A stretch of DNA of 64,000 bases, taken from Lytechinus pictus. Taxonomy: Eukaryota. Below the pieces are notes generated by a model. That model did no database searches, was not told where the DNA came from, and saw nothing but the letters and a program-made list of their open reading frames with translations. Where the stretch lies: the NCBI RefSeq assembly GCF_037042905.1, contig NC_087245.1, positions 24,306,001 through 24,370,000 on the forward strand, read 5' to 3'. Positions 1 through 12,481 of this stretch are shown piece after piece. Each line of letters opens with the position of its first letter. Position 1 is the first letter of the stretch. A program made the position numbers and the translations under genes.

Positions 1-212
1 ATTCCCTCATTTGCATACCGACCGGGATATGCATATAACTGTTTTGTGAAATTAAGCGAAACTTAAAAATGTCATAACTTTCTTATTTTACATCCGATTT
101 TGATGATTTTTTTAAGTGTTATGCTTGATGGATTTTTCTCTTTCCATTCAAATCAACTTTTTATTAGGGTGAACTTGTCCTTTAAAGGTTGAGTATGTGT
201 GCCATCTAGTCT

Positions 213-465
213 ATCTTTTCAGGACTTCTTGCATTCCATGCAAGAGCTTTCCTAAATAGAAAGTCTTTTCTTGAGTCGCATATGACATATGAACCTAAAT
301 ACACTTGTTTGAGCTTGACCCCTTTCCTTCATTGATGCATGAGCATTAGTTCCATTAAGTCATGTACTCGGTCTTTTGGGAATTCAAGTAGAGGCCAAAC
401 TTTGCAAATGCATCCTCTACTGCAAAAAGCAGTTCTTGTGCATCCTTCAAAAGAGCAGTAGTCAA
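213..465 (-). mobile_element. Degenerate non-LTR retrotransposon (RTE-like) reverse transcriptase fragment
   Basis: Minus-strand frames read LLKDAQELLFAVEDAFAKFGLYLNSQKTEYM then GVKLKQVYLGSYV..DSRKDFLFRKALAWNA, resembling LINE RT C-terminal motifs; stops and frameshifts are present. Confidence 0.7.
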
Positions 466-995
466 AAACATGTGTGTTGGTCCCTACTAGTAGACATAGG
501 TTTGACGTCCTTTTGTTCACACAGAATCTAGTTAATCTAGTGAATGCACAATTCAGTGATATGCAAATGAGAGAGTCAATGTCTCGATGATGTCCCTCAT
601 TAATTATTTCTTCTTTTTTTTTATTGTTTAAATTATACCGTGTTTCAATTTTACATATTTGATAATAGGGACAAACTAGACTGAACCATTAAATCTTAAA
701 ACAATAGAAATTAAATATGTTCAGGGAGGAATAAAACACAGGACAATGAGGTGAAAATCAGAATGAGTGGGTAACGACATCAGTCCCCTCGTTTGCATAC
801 CGACCAGAGTGTTTATATAATTTTCTGTGAAATTATTAAAGTAAAACGTTCAAATGTCACATCTTTCTTATTTTACACCCGATTTTTAATGAAATTTTGG
901 ACTTCTTTTTTTTATTCAGTCAAATCAACTTTTCCGTGGGGGTGGATTTGTCCATTAAGTTTAAGATTAAAATTATTTACGCGCGTACAGTTAAA

Positions 996-1858
996 ACAAG
1001 TGGAGCTCATGGGGCAGTCTCCCCTGCATTACGCGATTCAAAATAGCAACAGCGCTGACTTTGAAAAAGACAATGGAATATTTATTCACTAAAGACATCA
1101 TTAATATGATGATAAAATACTATGTTCACTGACCCTAAATGACATTTGACCGTGATCTTGTGGCCTGACTTATGCAAGATGGTTAGTGATTCTTGATTAC
1201 CCTTATAAACAAATATAAGTCTACAAAAAAACTTTCAAAGTTATGATGGCAATTAAAATAATATCTCCAAAATGGCCAAAGTTCATTGACTTTAAATGAC
1301 CTTTAATTGGCCTTGGTCATGTGACCTGAAACTCAAGCAGCATGTTCATTGCTACTTGACTACTCTTATGTCACAGTTTCATGAACTAGATCTATATACT
1401 TTCAAAGGTTTGACATTTAAAAAAACTTAACCTTGGTAAAGATTTCATTTTGATTCCCCAAAAGAATCTAAGTTCATTGACCCTAAATGGCCTTTGACTT
1501 TGGTCATGAGACCTGAAAATTAAGCAAGATATGCATTGCTACTTGATTACTCTAATGTCCAAGTTTCATAAACTAGATCCACAAACTTCCAAAGTTATGA
1601 GGACATTTCAACAAACACCCCCCAACATGGTCAAAGTTCATTGACCCTAAATGACCTTGGACCTTGGTCATGTGACCTAAAATCATGCAGAATTTTAGGA
1701 ATACTTGATTACCCTTTTGTCAAAGTTTAATAAACTTTGTCCATATGCTTTTTAAAGTTTGATGACATTTCAAAAACTTAACCTTAAGATTTCGATGTTG
1801 ACGCCGCCGCCGTCGCAAAAGAGGAGCCTAGTCTCGCTCTGCTAAGCAGGTCATACAA
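996..1858 (+). mobile_element. Non-autonomous Helentron/HINE-like element with internal tandem (satellite-like) repeats
   Basis: Starts ACAAGTGG; repeated TGACCTTTGACCTTGGTCATGTGACCTGAAACT units; GCC microsatellite and GTCTC..CTGC subterminal hairpin at the 3' end; homologous copies at 45065-45862 and 54846-55800. Confidence 0.6.
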
Positions 1859-2052
1859 AAAAAGGGGTGGGTAAACGGGATAATAAGAAATTCACCGCAT
1901 ATAGCAAGCCTATATGCATAAGCCAATATTTTAATTCTTAGTCCAATTTACAACATATATCTCACATGTGTAAGATCCAGTACTAGGAGGCCTTTCAAAA
2001 TTGACATAAACCTAATATGCTTAGATTCTGATGAAGGTTAAAATTGACTTAC

Positions 2053-2137
2053 GACATTTTGTACACGAAGACACCACAATGTATTTCTTCCTGTTCACTT
2101 GCCTTGATTTCTTCTATGTCTGGTCCGCGTTCTCCAC
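2053..2137 (-). CDS. Exon 8 of Ig-TM-GTPase gene (IFI44-like IHC motif)
   Basis: cag|GTGGAG...ATGTC|gtaagt; reads GERGPDIEEIKASEQEEIHCGVFVYKM. Confidence 0.75.
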
Positions 2138-5100
2138 CTGCCAGTATAATTAATGCAACATTTCATATATAAATCTTGATCGGATTTAATGAACGAAAGC
2201 GTGAAAATATCCTAGCTTGGTAAGAAAAAATAATATTCAGACTTGCATGGTCACTTAGATTAAATGATACAAATATCAGTTAAAACGTGCATATGTTAAA
2301 AGCTAGTACTGCATGAAGTAATGAGGAATTTGCAAAAAATTATGGGGGAATAATAAAAAAACTGGAATCATGCAACACCAACGTAAATGAAGAAATATTT
2401 AGCTGAACTGAACTGAACAATGAAAAATGAGGATTGATCACTAGAATGTGAGATTACTGATGGCATGACATGTATAGGTTTTTTTAAAACCAATTCCCAC
2501 AACATACCAACCAGTTTCTTTGAATTAACCTATAACTCATGCCCTTTAACATCTCGTTCCCACGATTTAATAAGCCCCTTTCACAATTAGTCTGCAACGA
2601 TTGCGACCTTTTAGTCGCATGACAAACTGCAACAGGCATTAATCGCTTTATATACATGTATATGTCATTAGATCCCAGGAGGGATTTCACAAATGCAACA
2701 GCTGTAGTTCAACAAAAGCGATTGGAAACGCCGTTGCACGAGTAAGTCGCAATTGCTCGAATATGCTCGTAATAGCGGCCGTGCGTTCACATGCGAGTGT
2801 TGCAAGAGTGATTGCGAATGATTTTACGACCGATTGCATAGTCAACTCGAGGTAATACGATCGCTCGTACGATTGAATACAAAATGATATGAGTATTCGT
2901 GCGAGTAATGAAAGGTTAAAACGTCCTTTAAAGGCCCTTTCAAAATTGATTCCAGATCAGTTTACGACCGCCTGCAATTGATTTTTTATTGATGTTGCAC
3001 GATCCATCTCTTGGTGTCTTGCGAGCACTCGGGGTCGTTGTAGACGATCGCACGAACTCGAGACGGTCGTGAATGGTCGCATCTGAATTTTGAACATGTT
3101 CAAAATCCAAACGCGATCAAAAATACGATCGATTCACTCGCATCATACCATCTGTCGCGTGATCATCGTGTGAGTGTTGTTCAACGTTGTACGACTTGAT
3201 GCGAGAGGTGGCACAACTAAGCAGTCGCATTTAGTCTACTGGAGGTCGTACACACTTGCACATGTGCTAGCGACCTATAGAGACCAGTTTTGCGACTGGG
3301 TGTAATAATATAAAGGCCATAAGACTGTTGCAACACCGATCGCAACACGGCTTACAACATTGCACTACCGTGGCATTCGCATGTATGCAACCGTTCCTCT
3401 GTGCTACAAAATAGGAGTTAAGAATGATCGAGCTTTAGAACATTTACGGTCTTAATTACATGGATGTTGTCGTTCCTCTTCAAATGTACCCTCACAGGAT
3501 GATGAGGTTGCTGCATCTTCGGCTACAATTACAACGCTTTAGAGAAAGGCATGGTATCAAGTTGCTCGTTACCGATTGGCTGATAGCCCATCGGAAGCCA
3601 CCAGCTATGGTTGCTATATTACATTGCTCTGAAGTTAAATTTGTCTCTACAAAATCACTCCAATCGCACGAACACTCGCACCGGTTTCATTCAAACGTAC
3701 GAGCAATCGCATTGTCTCACGTCGACTCTCACGACTATGCAATCAGTCGTGCGAAACCACTCGCAATCACTCTTGCAACACTCGCATGTGATCGCACGAA
3801 CACTCGCACGAGCAATTACCAGCATTTTCGACTTACTCGTGCAACGGGGTTTACTGGTTGCTTTTGTTGTACGACAGCTGTTGCATTTTTGAAAGCCTCT
3901 GTGCGATCTTTTGAGATAAATAGCGATTGATGCCTCTTGCAGGCTATCGCGCGACCAAAATGTAGCAAGTGGTCGCACGTCAATTGTCAAAGGGGCTTAA
4001 CACAAATTCGATATTGAAAGACACAAACAAGATGAAACTATTAGGTGGGGAGCATGATAACGATTTGATGCTCATATTTAACCCCCTATATAGAACCCCA
4101 AGGAACAGTTGTATACATGCGCATGCATTCAGGCCTCATTCCCACTTCCTTGCGATCAGTTGCGAAAGCCACGATGGCCTTTCGTAATTGATCGCGAAAA
4201 TTTTTAGACCATTCAAAAATTTTCTACGATCAATACGATGGCCACGACTGGTCTGATACGATTTGATATGAACTGATACGTTCACTACGATTACTCCACG
4301 AATGATAGCAGTTTTAATCGTGGAGCGAATCGTGAAAGTGGGAACTAGGTATGTCATGTTGTGATCGGTCGTGAAGCTCAGTCTCTCATGGCCTCTATTT
4401 TATCGCGCCAAGTCGCAAGACTGGTCTCTATGTAGGTCGCTTATGTACGTGTTGCACGACTTCCAGTCCACTAATTGCGACCATTTAGTCGTGCCAACTC
4501 TCGCATCATTTCTTGCAGCTTTGAACACCACTCGCACGACATTCGGACGACTGGTCTCACGATCGCGTTTGGATTTTGGACATGTTCATATTTCAGATGT
4601 GACCAGTCACGGCCACCTCGGGTTCGTGCGATTGCCTGCAAAGACACCAAGCGGTCGATTGGGCAACATCATGAAAAACAAAGTTGCAGGTAGTTACAAA
4701 CTGATCGGGATAATGTGAAAGGGGCTTACTCGTCCCATCGACTGGCATCGACTAATAAGTTGAAGGAGTGTACGAGTTGTGCTTGATTGCCACTCCCAAG
4801 AAACGAGTATTCAGACATTACAATATATGGTTGATCTTACACCTTTTGATAGACACAAATTCCAAGTGACGATGTAACGATTGCAAGGAAAGTATAACTT
4901 ACGAAGCTGAGCAGTTACTTCAGTCAGGTAATCTTTCTTGAAGTCGGCCATGCCTCGGTTGTCGAAAATATGAATGCTCTCAGTGAGCATTAGGACAGTG
5001 CGTGCAATGGTTTTTCCTCCACCAGATTCCTTGTCACCAACCACCTGACTCTCCTTATATTTGCCTGTTTGATGAGAAGGGAAAAATCCCTTAATTTGGC

Positions 5101-8100
5101 AAGGAAATGATATGTTTCAGATCGTTGAAATCAAGTGGGTGAATCGCCAAAAATATATAGCCCATACCATTACACATTCATTTTCCTTTTGTTTCATTGA
5201 AGATCACTAGGTATATTAAATGGCGTATTTTATTCATACAATGATACTTGTGTACATAGATTAAGAAAATATGTACGCATCAATATTCTTATTAAGAAAA
5301 TATTTTTTATGTATGTAGAGTGTTCAACAAGTTACACTTCAGACTGCTATGTCCATTTAGTCAAAAAAAATCATTGAAGCTTCATTCTATCATCCTAAAG
5401 ATATTCAATTTCTTCTTTTACTATTTCGTAGTTCGCGGCTTATTTCTTTTCATAATAGTAGGCCTATGCCATATGATTGTAGAGCCTAACCTGTAAATGC
5501 AAATTCAAGAGAGTTTATGAAGGACGATTTTCCAGCACTCATTTCTCCAAACAGGCCGATGTGTGCAGCCTTCACAACGGATCCATCTCGCTCAAATTTG
5601 AAGTCCTTTAACCGTTCACGTACATCAGCCAATTCTTCTGTAATTCTTTCTGAAATGTGCAAAAGGGTCTTCAATGAATTAGAAATCATAATAGCGGAAA
5701 GATGTTCATCAATAAATATAATATCCCGTTTAGTTCCTGGGGGAGGGGGGGGGGCATTGACGAGTGGATACCATGCGTGATCATGGGGTTTCGAAAAGCA
5801 CCCTAAACAAGTAATTTCCATGCTCTGAAAATGCATCCCTTATGAAATATTGGCGTGTAAAAGCCTACTCTTAACAAGTATTGGAAACAGTACACTTGTC
5901 AAGTATCCCTGAATTGACCCCTAAACAAGTACAACGATATCTTAATTGTCACAGACGTCGGCTTTACCTTTACTTTCATTGGGTTTATTACCACCCCCAC
6001 ACATCTCACTCAAAAATTGGACCCTAAACACGTAGTCTTGTGGTAAAAAGTACATCCTTTATAAAGTATGTTATATACCCTCGCAAATTGGACCGTAAAC
6101 ACGGTAGTTTTAGCGAAATATATACCCCTTTTCATTATTTTAGTGTTTTTGACTCCCTTATTAGGTTACGTTTATAACGTGCCCAATCATGAAAAAGGGA
6201 TACTTTTAACGTGTTTTGGGGGTCACGCATGGTATCCACTCGTCAATGAAAGTCCGCCCCCGGGGGGGGGGGGGTATTCATAACTAGTCAAAATGTCATT
6301 ATTGCATTGACAATGACATTTTATCAATTTAATATTGCATTTAAGCTTTGCAATTTTGTAATGATTTGAATAAGATTAGGCTTATGACATTATACGATGG
6401 AAGATTCGCCCTGTTCAAAACATGTGAAGAAACTTGAAATTTGGACAGCTACCCTGAAACGTAAGTCAGGGGCCGCGGAACCAGGGAGGGGGGCTCCGCC
6501 CCCCCCCCCCCAACTTTTTTTCCAAAACCGTTTTCAAAAACGTAAAAATGACCATATGGTTGTGGTTTTTAGCATGGTCAGCCCCCCCCCCCCCCCCCCC
6601 ACTTTGAAAACCGTTCCGTGGCCCCTGCTAAGGTCCCCTAGCCTAAATATCGTACTTGAAGTATCATTTACTAGGTAATCATTATTATCCAAGATGCGTC
6701 AACACAAAATGAGATTTGAATGCAAATACTCACGTAATCTCACTTCTTCTGGATCTGGTATGGGCAAGTACACTGATCTCAGAAATGGAATGACATTCAA
6801 GACTACTTCACCTGTTTAAAAAGAAAAAAAAGTCGTTATTTTGTGTTTTGTACGGCAGATTCCCGAGTTAGTGTCTACTAAAGAAAGTCATAAGAGCTAT
6901 GGGAATTTTCCTACAGTGTCTTAAGGCTTAGTCCCACTGGCCGACAGATACAAAACGTATTCATAAAGGACACAGCGGACGATCTAAGATTTGCGGGTGG
7001 CTCCATCCGTTTTCATCCGCTCCAGAAATTGACAAAATTGGCGAAAACATAACGGAAAGGACCCGGGAAAGGAACGGACGTTGGTACTATGTAGCGCGGA
7101 TGTTAAACGGTTGTTCATCGGAAACCTTGCGGATGAAAGCGGATGGAAGCGGATGACAGCTTCAAGGGTTTACTTGGGGTTTTAAATACTGAGATGCATA
7201 CGCTTGCATCTTTTCTATTTCCGTGCTACTAACGATGTATAGACGTTCCACGTACCTTATCTTCCTCCCTCTTTCCATTGTTCAGCTCCAGTGGATCTGA
7301 GTTACGATGATGCATTGAGGATATAGCAGACGTTTAACGGATGATAACGTACATGGAATTATATACATGTATAGGCCTACTGTTTACCTTTAGCGTATTA
7401 CAGTCTATTCAAAATTTCCGTTAGTACAGAGAGAGTACAAAGTGATGAAGTTTTTTTATGTTAAAGCTTTCACCAATCATCTCAGATTTTCCAGGGTCTT
7501 TAATTCCCTGTCAGACCACTTTGCAATATTATTTTGAATTATTTTTTGATGAAAACTATGAAATCAAATACCTAGGGGCGGTAGTTTTTTCTTCCTCCTT
7601 AGAACCAGCAAAGTCACAAATAAAGCGACTATTCCAATGGCTATCAATAGCAGTATAACAAAGATAGATATCGCAACCTTGCCTCCAACTGATAGTCCAC
7701 TCCTGACAGGTTCAGCGATCACTGCATCAAAGAATTTAAAAAAAAATGAAAATAATGTGATAACCATTTCAGAAATGTAAAACAGTATTGACACTTCATG
7801 CTTTTCGTCCGAGTATATGTCAACTTTCTTTCCAAATCTAGGGTTTCTCTTTTGGGCGCGATAGAGTAAACTACATACTGGGTATTTTTGTTTTAGATTC
7901 CATTCGATTGGTTTTCTCTCGTCTAGTTTTCCTTACTGTTTTTTTTAACATGGGCCTCATCCCTCGCCAGTAATTAATCAGATTGTCAACAGCATTAAGA
8001 ACTCAATTTCCGTGAGGCAAGGATCCTTGCCTTAACTAGGTTTTAATTTTGGATTCGAACCGAAGAGATCGATGGTAACAGGAACACTTAACCCCTAGTC

Positions 8101-11100
8101 ATGAGTTTTCATTTGGAAAACTAATGTGTTAACACAACATTTATTTTGTCTCTTCTATAACATCATCAAGTAACATATAAAGGTACCATGAAAATCACTG
8201 TTAAAGATCAATCAAGACTTCCTCATGAGATGAACTTTTGTATCCGGTTGTTGTTGTTTTTCCTTATATTCTTAAAAAGCAGTTCTATCCCCAAAATTTT
8301 CAATCTCCGTTTAGCTGTTGGGTGTTTCATATAGCTATTCGTTAAGTTTCTCTGCGATAACTGGTTACACGATCTAAACGATATATCAATGTTGTAACTC
8401 AGCACGTAAAAAGATATTCCAGTCGTGCGTAACTTTGCGAACATCTTCATGGAACTCCCAGCAAACAATTTATTGTCCTATACCTGTCGACATAGGTGGA
8501 ACCAGGACAGTAACGGTCGTTGACCGGTCAGCGCCATTGGTGGCATTGCCCCTAACAGTACAGGTGTAATTCTGTTCTTCGTCTTCTTTAGCAGCCACAC
8601 TGATGGTCACCTCCCTTTCAGATCTACCATCGGGCAATGTCCTTCGGGATGGATTTCCAAGGGGCTGCTTCACTTTACCCGATGACGTCCATTCAAGCGT
8701 AACATCGGGTCTGAAGCCACTGACAACACATTCCAGGTTAAAGGGATATGTGTTGGCCGCTTCAACGATGCACAGATGTTGGTATGGGTTATTTGTTGAC
8801 TGAGGGACACAAGGTGTTACCTGAAGCATTGATGGAGATGCTGTGTAATGGAAGAGAGACAGGGTTTCGAGAACTACAAGAAATTTCATTCTCAAGATTA
8901 TGTCACATTGACCAAGTACACAGAAAACGGTGAAGAAGAAACGTAACGCAATTATGTAGGAAACGGTGAAGAGGAAACGTAACGCAATTATGTAGGAATA
9001 TAAAAAAAATGCGTGTCTGTATGATCGTACCCTTGGGAAGCCACTTAAAAAAATTGCTTTTCCTCTTCTCGCTCTATGGTCGTAGCCTCTCTAACATCTT
9101 ATATTCTAAAATCTTTTTAAAAAATTCTGGATAGATAAAAATGTCACATCCGTTATTTTATTAGATGTTTATTTCAGAAGTGAAAACCCGGGCGCCCTTT
9201 GTAATCAGCCCCCGCCCCATTCCTCCCGAAAAAAAATCAATCGGCTGACTATGCACAGAGTACACTACTTACCGTAGATGGTGAGTTCGGAACTATTAAC
9301 GTAACCATCTCCAGAATCAAGTTCTAATGTGCAAGTGTATTCTCCTTCGTCTGACACCGTTAAATTCAGGATATCGACTGAATAGTCACCATTCAAACGA
9401 AACCGTTCATCGAAGCTCACAAGTTCACCTTTGAAATACGATACTTTTGTTTCACCATTGCTGTTCGTCCAGTACAATGCGAGGACATCAGTGTAGGGGA
9501 ATTCACATGGGAGACGCACCGTCTCACCAAACCATCCTATTGCATGTTTTTCAGTATATACCCTGGCCAAACAACCTAAGAAAAGAAGTGAGAGGAGAAA
9601 GGTGATACTGAATTCTAAATGAAGAGTCAATGATCAAAATGAAATGATTCATTGGCAGTGCTTTGTTTGTAAGTTGGGTCTATTTTGAAAGTATCTTGTT
9701 AGAGATGTCTAGATATCGACTTGAGTCAATGTAAGAGTAATATTGGATTGAAAACACTTCCAGGAGCCGAATTGCTTCTATCGTGGCCGAACATTTTAGC
9801 TCTGTCTGAAAGAACTTATTGGGTCTATTTTGAAAGTATCTTGTTAGACATACTCTTCATTTGAAACTTCTTATGCCAATATCACTAGATCATGAGCCAG
9901 TTCTGAAACTTGCTGATGACTTTGGTCGGGAGTTTTATGTTGGGCTACAGTAAATGCCTGGAGTTTGATGATTGCCCGACGTCTTCTACTTTATCTCCCT
10001 TTTACTTTTAGGCTGTATCAGGTGATATGTTGAAGGTAATCCAAGATAGTTCTTACTAATCAACTGGACCCTTTACGAATATCGTTTCTGTCATTTTAAA
10101 TTGAACTAACCAACAATTTCTTGTCTTGATGGGAAAGTATCTCGGATCAGTTTAAGGGGGAAACCGGAAGGCTATACATGTATACAGTGCGTCCCACAAA
10201 AAACGAAACCGAGATTTATCTATAATTTATCATAACTTAATCACAAACACATAGACAAATGACCTACCATTGTAAAGCTTAGAATCTCCTCTTTCATCTG
10301 ATATTACTTAGATTATTCAGGCATGAGTGAGCAAAAACAATTTGAAGAGGGGATACCAAAAGTCATTTGGCGGGCTGTATCTGGGTTTCAAAAATCAAAC
10401 CACATTTTCAAAAATTTAGATATCTGCTCTTTAATTTGATACCTCAATTACAAAAAAACGGTCCAGAAATAACAAAGTTCTGGTTATTGGAAATAAGGCT
10501 TGAATTTCAATAATTTCATAAAATGGAGAGGTTTTACAGGCTAGCGTTCAAACTCACTCGACAGTCCGTTTTGTTGACGATCAGCCATGCATTAAGTCTT
10601 TTGTTAAGCATGCGATAGCTTCTGTGGGATACCGGTGAAAACACGTTTATTTAATAAAATTATTGAAATACAAGCATTGTTTCGAGGGAACATGACTTTT
10701 TTAATTCTTGACCATTTTTTGTGATTAAGGTATCAAATAAAAGAGCAGATATTGAACTTTTTAGGCAAGTGATTTTCTTTTTGAAATTCAGATAACCCCC
10801 GCCAAATGAGTTTTTGGTATCCTTTCTTCAAATTGTTTTGGCTCACTCATGCGTGAATGAGGAATAATCTAAGTAATATCAGATGAAAGAATAGATTCTA
10901 AGCTTTACATTGGTAGGTCATTTGTCTATTGTATCTGTGATTAAGTTATGATAAATCATCGCTTAATCTCAGTTTCGTTTTATTCTGGGACGCACTGTAT
11001 AGTGACTACTTTTGCAAATCCTGGATACGCACTTCCTCTTTAAGCAAAAGTAAATCATAGACCATTTATTGTAACCTATATTTTCTCTTTCTTCTCAGTA

Positions 11101-12161
11101 GATTATCCATTTCAGAAATTCCATTTTATTCTTGGTATAGTTGGTATACAGGCTAATATTACGAATTCATATCTTGTTCATAATTTTGCAATTTGTATAT
11201 AGACATAAGATGATATTGTGTATTCCGTTTCGAAACCCCACCCATTCCCAGCAGTTTTGTTCAATTCTTTTTTTGTAAAGTGGCAAGTCTAAGGTAATGT
11301 TCCTTCAGATGTCAAAAAAATCATCTGACTTAATGTAAAAAAAATTATATGATATTGTAGCCAAAGAGTCAAAGAATCCATTTCCAATAAAGCAATATGT
11401 TAAATAATGGAAATTAGCGCAAAATGGGTGCCCTAATTGGCATAATTTAAAAACAGCAACTTGCGTATTGGACAATTAAAAAAAAAACATTATTTTAATC
11501 AGTTGGATTTATTTTTCACCTAGTTCCTTTGTGGACATGACCCTGTAAGATTTGCAATGATTATTTTTTTAACTAATTCGTAAAAGAGGGAACTTTGATT
11601 TGGTTCCATGACTTTATGAATGTCTGTACCGAAGCATCGATTATTTTATTTTGAAAAGATACAAGATGAAACTCCATTCTCCAATATTTTGGGTATAGCA
11701 CTTTCCCTTTTATAGGCACGCTCACCCACAATACACTAGCTTACCCAATCGCATCCCAATAAACACACTCTCTCTCTTTCACTCTCTCTTACCCTGTTTT
11801 TTTTTTCGTTATTTTCATCTCTCATATAAATGTCATTTATTCACTTTTCTTCCTTGTCTTTCTTACACCGTACAGTCGTACACTCTTCATTTTATGATAA
11901 TTGACTCACTCTCTCACACACTCTCTTTCCCCCTCCGTTTCTCAATCATGACTATGTATCCAAGATTTAAAAAAAAACAAGGGAGGATGTCGAAAAGAAC
12001 AATCACACGATAAATAAAATAGTAACATAGTTTAAACTGTAGCTTAATTGGTATAGGCCAATATCACAATAAGATAAATCTATAAATTACTTACTCATTC
12101 CTAGCTCATGGTAAGCAATCAGGAATGTGATCAGATAGTCAAGACACAATTTTGCTCTCAT
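2053..12161 (-). CDS. Multi-exon gene: signal peptide-IgV-IgC(2)-TM-cytoplasmic IFI44-like P-loop GTPase (3' end lies beyond window start)
   Basis: Exons 12161-12095, 9575-9273, 8840-8484, 7721-7572, 6811-6734, 5649-5491, 5064-4903, 2137-2053, all AG/GT bounded with matching phases and giving one open frame of about 453 aa. Confidence 0.8.
2574..3996. mobile_element. Non-autonomous DNA transposon with long inverted arms (PIF/Harbinger-like MITE); related copy at about 4131-4728
   Basis: TIR GCCCCTTTCACAATT / AATTGTCAAAGGGGC flanked by TAA/TTA; about 2690-2880 is an inverted copy of about 3690-3895. Confidence 0.65.
4903..5064 (-). CDS. Exon 7 of Ig-TM-GTPase gene (G2 Thr and G3 DxxG)
   Basis: cag|GCAAAT...CAGCTTC|gtaagt, 162 nt; GKYKESQVVGDKESGGGKTIARTVLMLTESIHIFDNRGMADFKKDYLTEVTAQL. 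Confidence 0.8.
5491..5649 (-). CDS. Exon 6 of Ig-TM-GTPase gene (Walker A / G1 P-loop)
   Basis: cag|AAAGAA...TTTACAG|gttagg, 159 nt; HIGLFGEMSAGKSSFINSLEFAFTG. Confidence 0.85.
5737..6277. mobile_element. MITE with G-rich ends and TIR containing TTGACGAGTGGATACCATGCGTGA; related copy at 35068-35360
   Basis: Inverted match between 5757-5781 and 6222-6248; similar termini at 35068-35110 and 35310-35360. Confidence 0.6.
6734..6811 (-). CDS. Exon 5 (juxtamembrane linker) of Ig-TM-GTPase gene
   Basis: cag|GTGAAG...GATTAC|gtgagt, 78 nt, phase 1-1; EVVLNVIPFLRSVYLPIPDPEEVRL. Confidence 0.7.
7572..7721 (-). CDS. Exon 4: transmembrane helix plus basic stop-transfer
   Basis: VAISIFVILLLIAIGIVALFVTLLVL-RRKKK; cag|...|gtattt, 150 nt. 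Confidence 0.85.
8484..8840 (-). CDS. Exon 3: Ig C2/CD80-like domain
   Basis: LECVVSGFRPDVTLEW...NYTCTV; 357 nt, phase 1-1. Confidence 0.9.
9273..9575 (-). CDS. Exon 2: Ig V-set domain
   Basis: GETVRLPC...LYW...ILNLTVSDEGEYTC; tag|GTTG...TACG|gtaagt, 303 nt. Confidence 0.9.
10185..10997. mobile_element. Tc1/mariner-type palindromic MITE
   Basis: TA|CAGTGCGTCCCA...TGGGACGCACTG|TA with arms several hundred bp long. Confidence 0.8.
12095..12161 (-). CDS. Exon 1a: signal peptide MRAKLCLDYLITFLIAYHELGM
   Basis: ATG plus 67 nt ending A|gtaagt, phase 1, in frame with the IgV exon. Confidence 0.7.
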
Positions 12162-12315
12162 CTTCTGCTCACTTTTACGTTTTCCACCTTCAAAATTATA
12201 TCTTCCAAACAACAAATATAGGTTTATCATTTGGGCGCGGCACATCAATGTGTGTCGCATGGAACCTTACGTTCAACGCGAGCTGTAGATATAGAAGACA
12301 AGGTCAAAGGGGACC

Positions 12316-12326
12316 GGGGAATCCCC
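12316..12326. promoter_or_regulatory. NF-kB-type site GGGGAATCCCC about 155 nt upstream of exon 1a
   Basis: Match to the GGGRNNYYCC consensus, in a block similar to 16098-16130. Confidence 0.5.
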
Positions 12327-12481
12327 GCTTCGAACATTCTCACACACACACATTCATTTGAAGTGGTTTGGATGGAGTGGAGTTATATAGCGTACCGCGA
12401 AAGCGAATGTCCATGCATGTGTGAATGTACATCAAAGAAGTGCACGAAAATGCATATACAAACTGGGTATTTGAAAGGTGA

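Noticed and set aside
3460..4718. ORFs of 93-156 aa
   Set aside because: They lie inside palindromic MITE arms and show no recognisable domain
8921..8997. Short direct repeat of about 36 bp
   Set aside because: Simple two-copy slippage duplication in an intron
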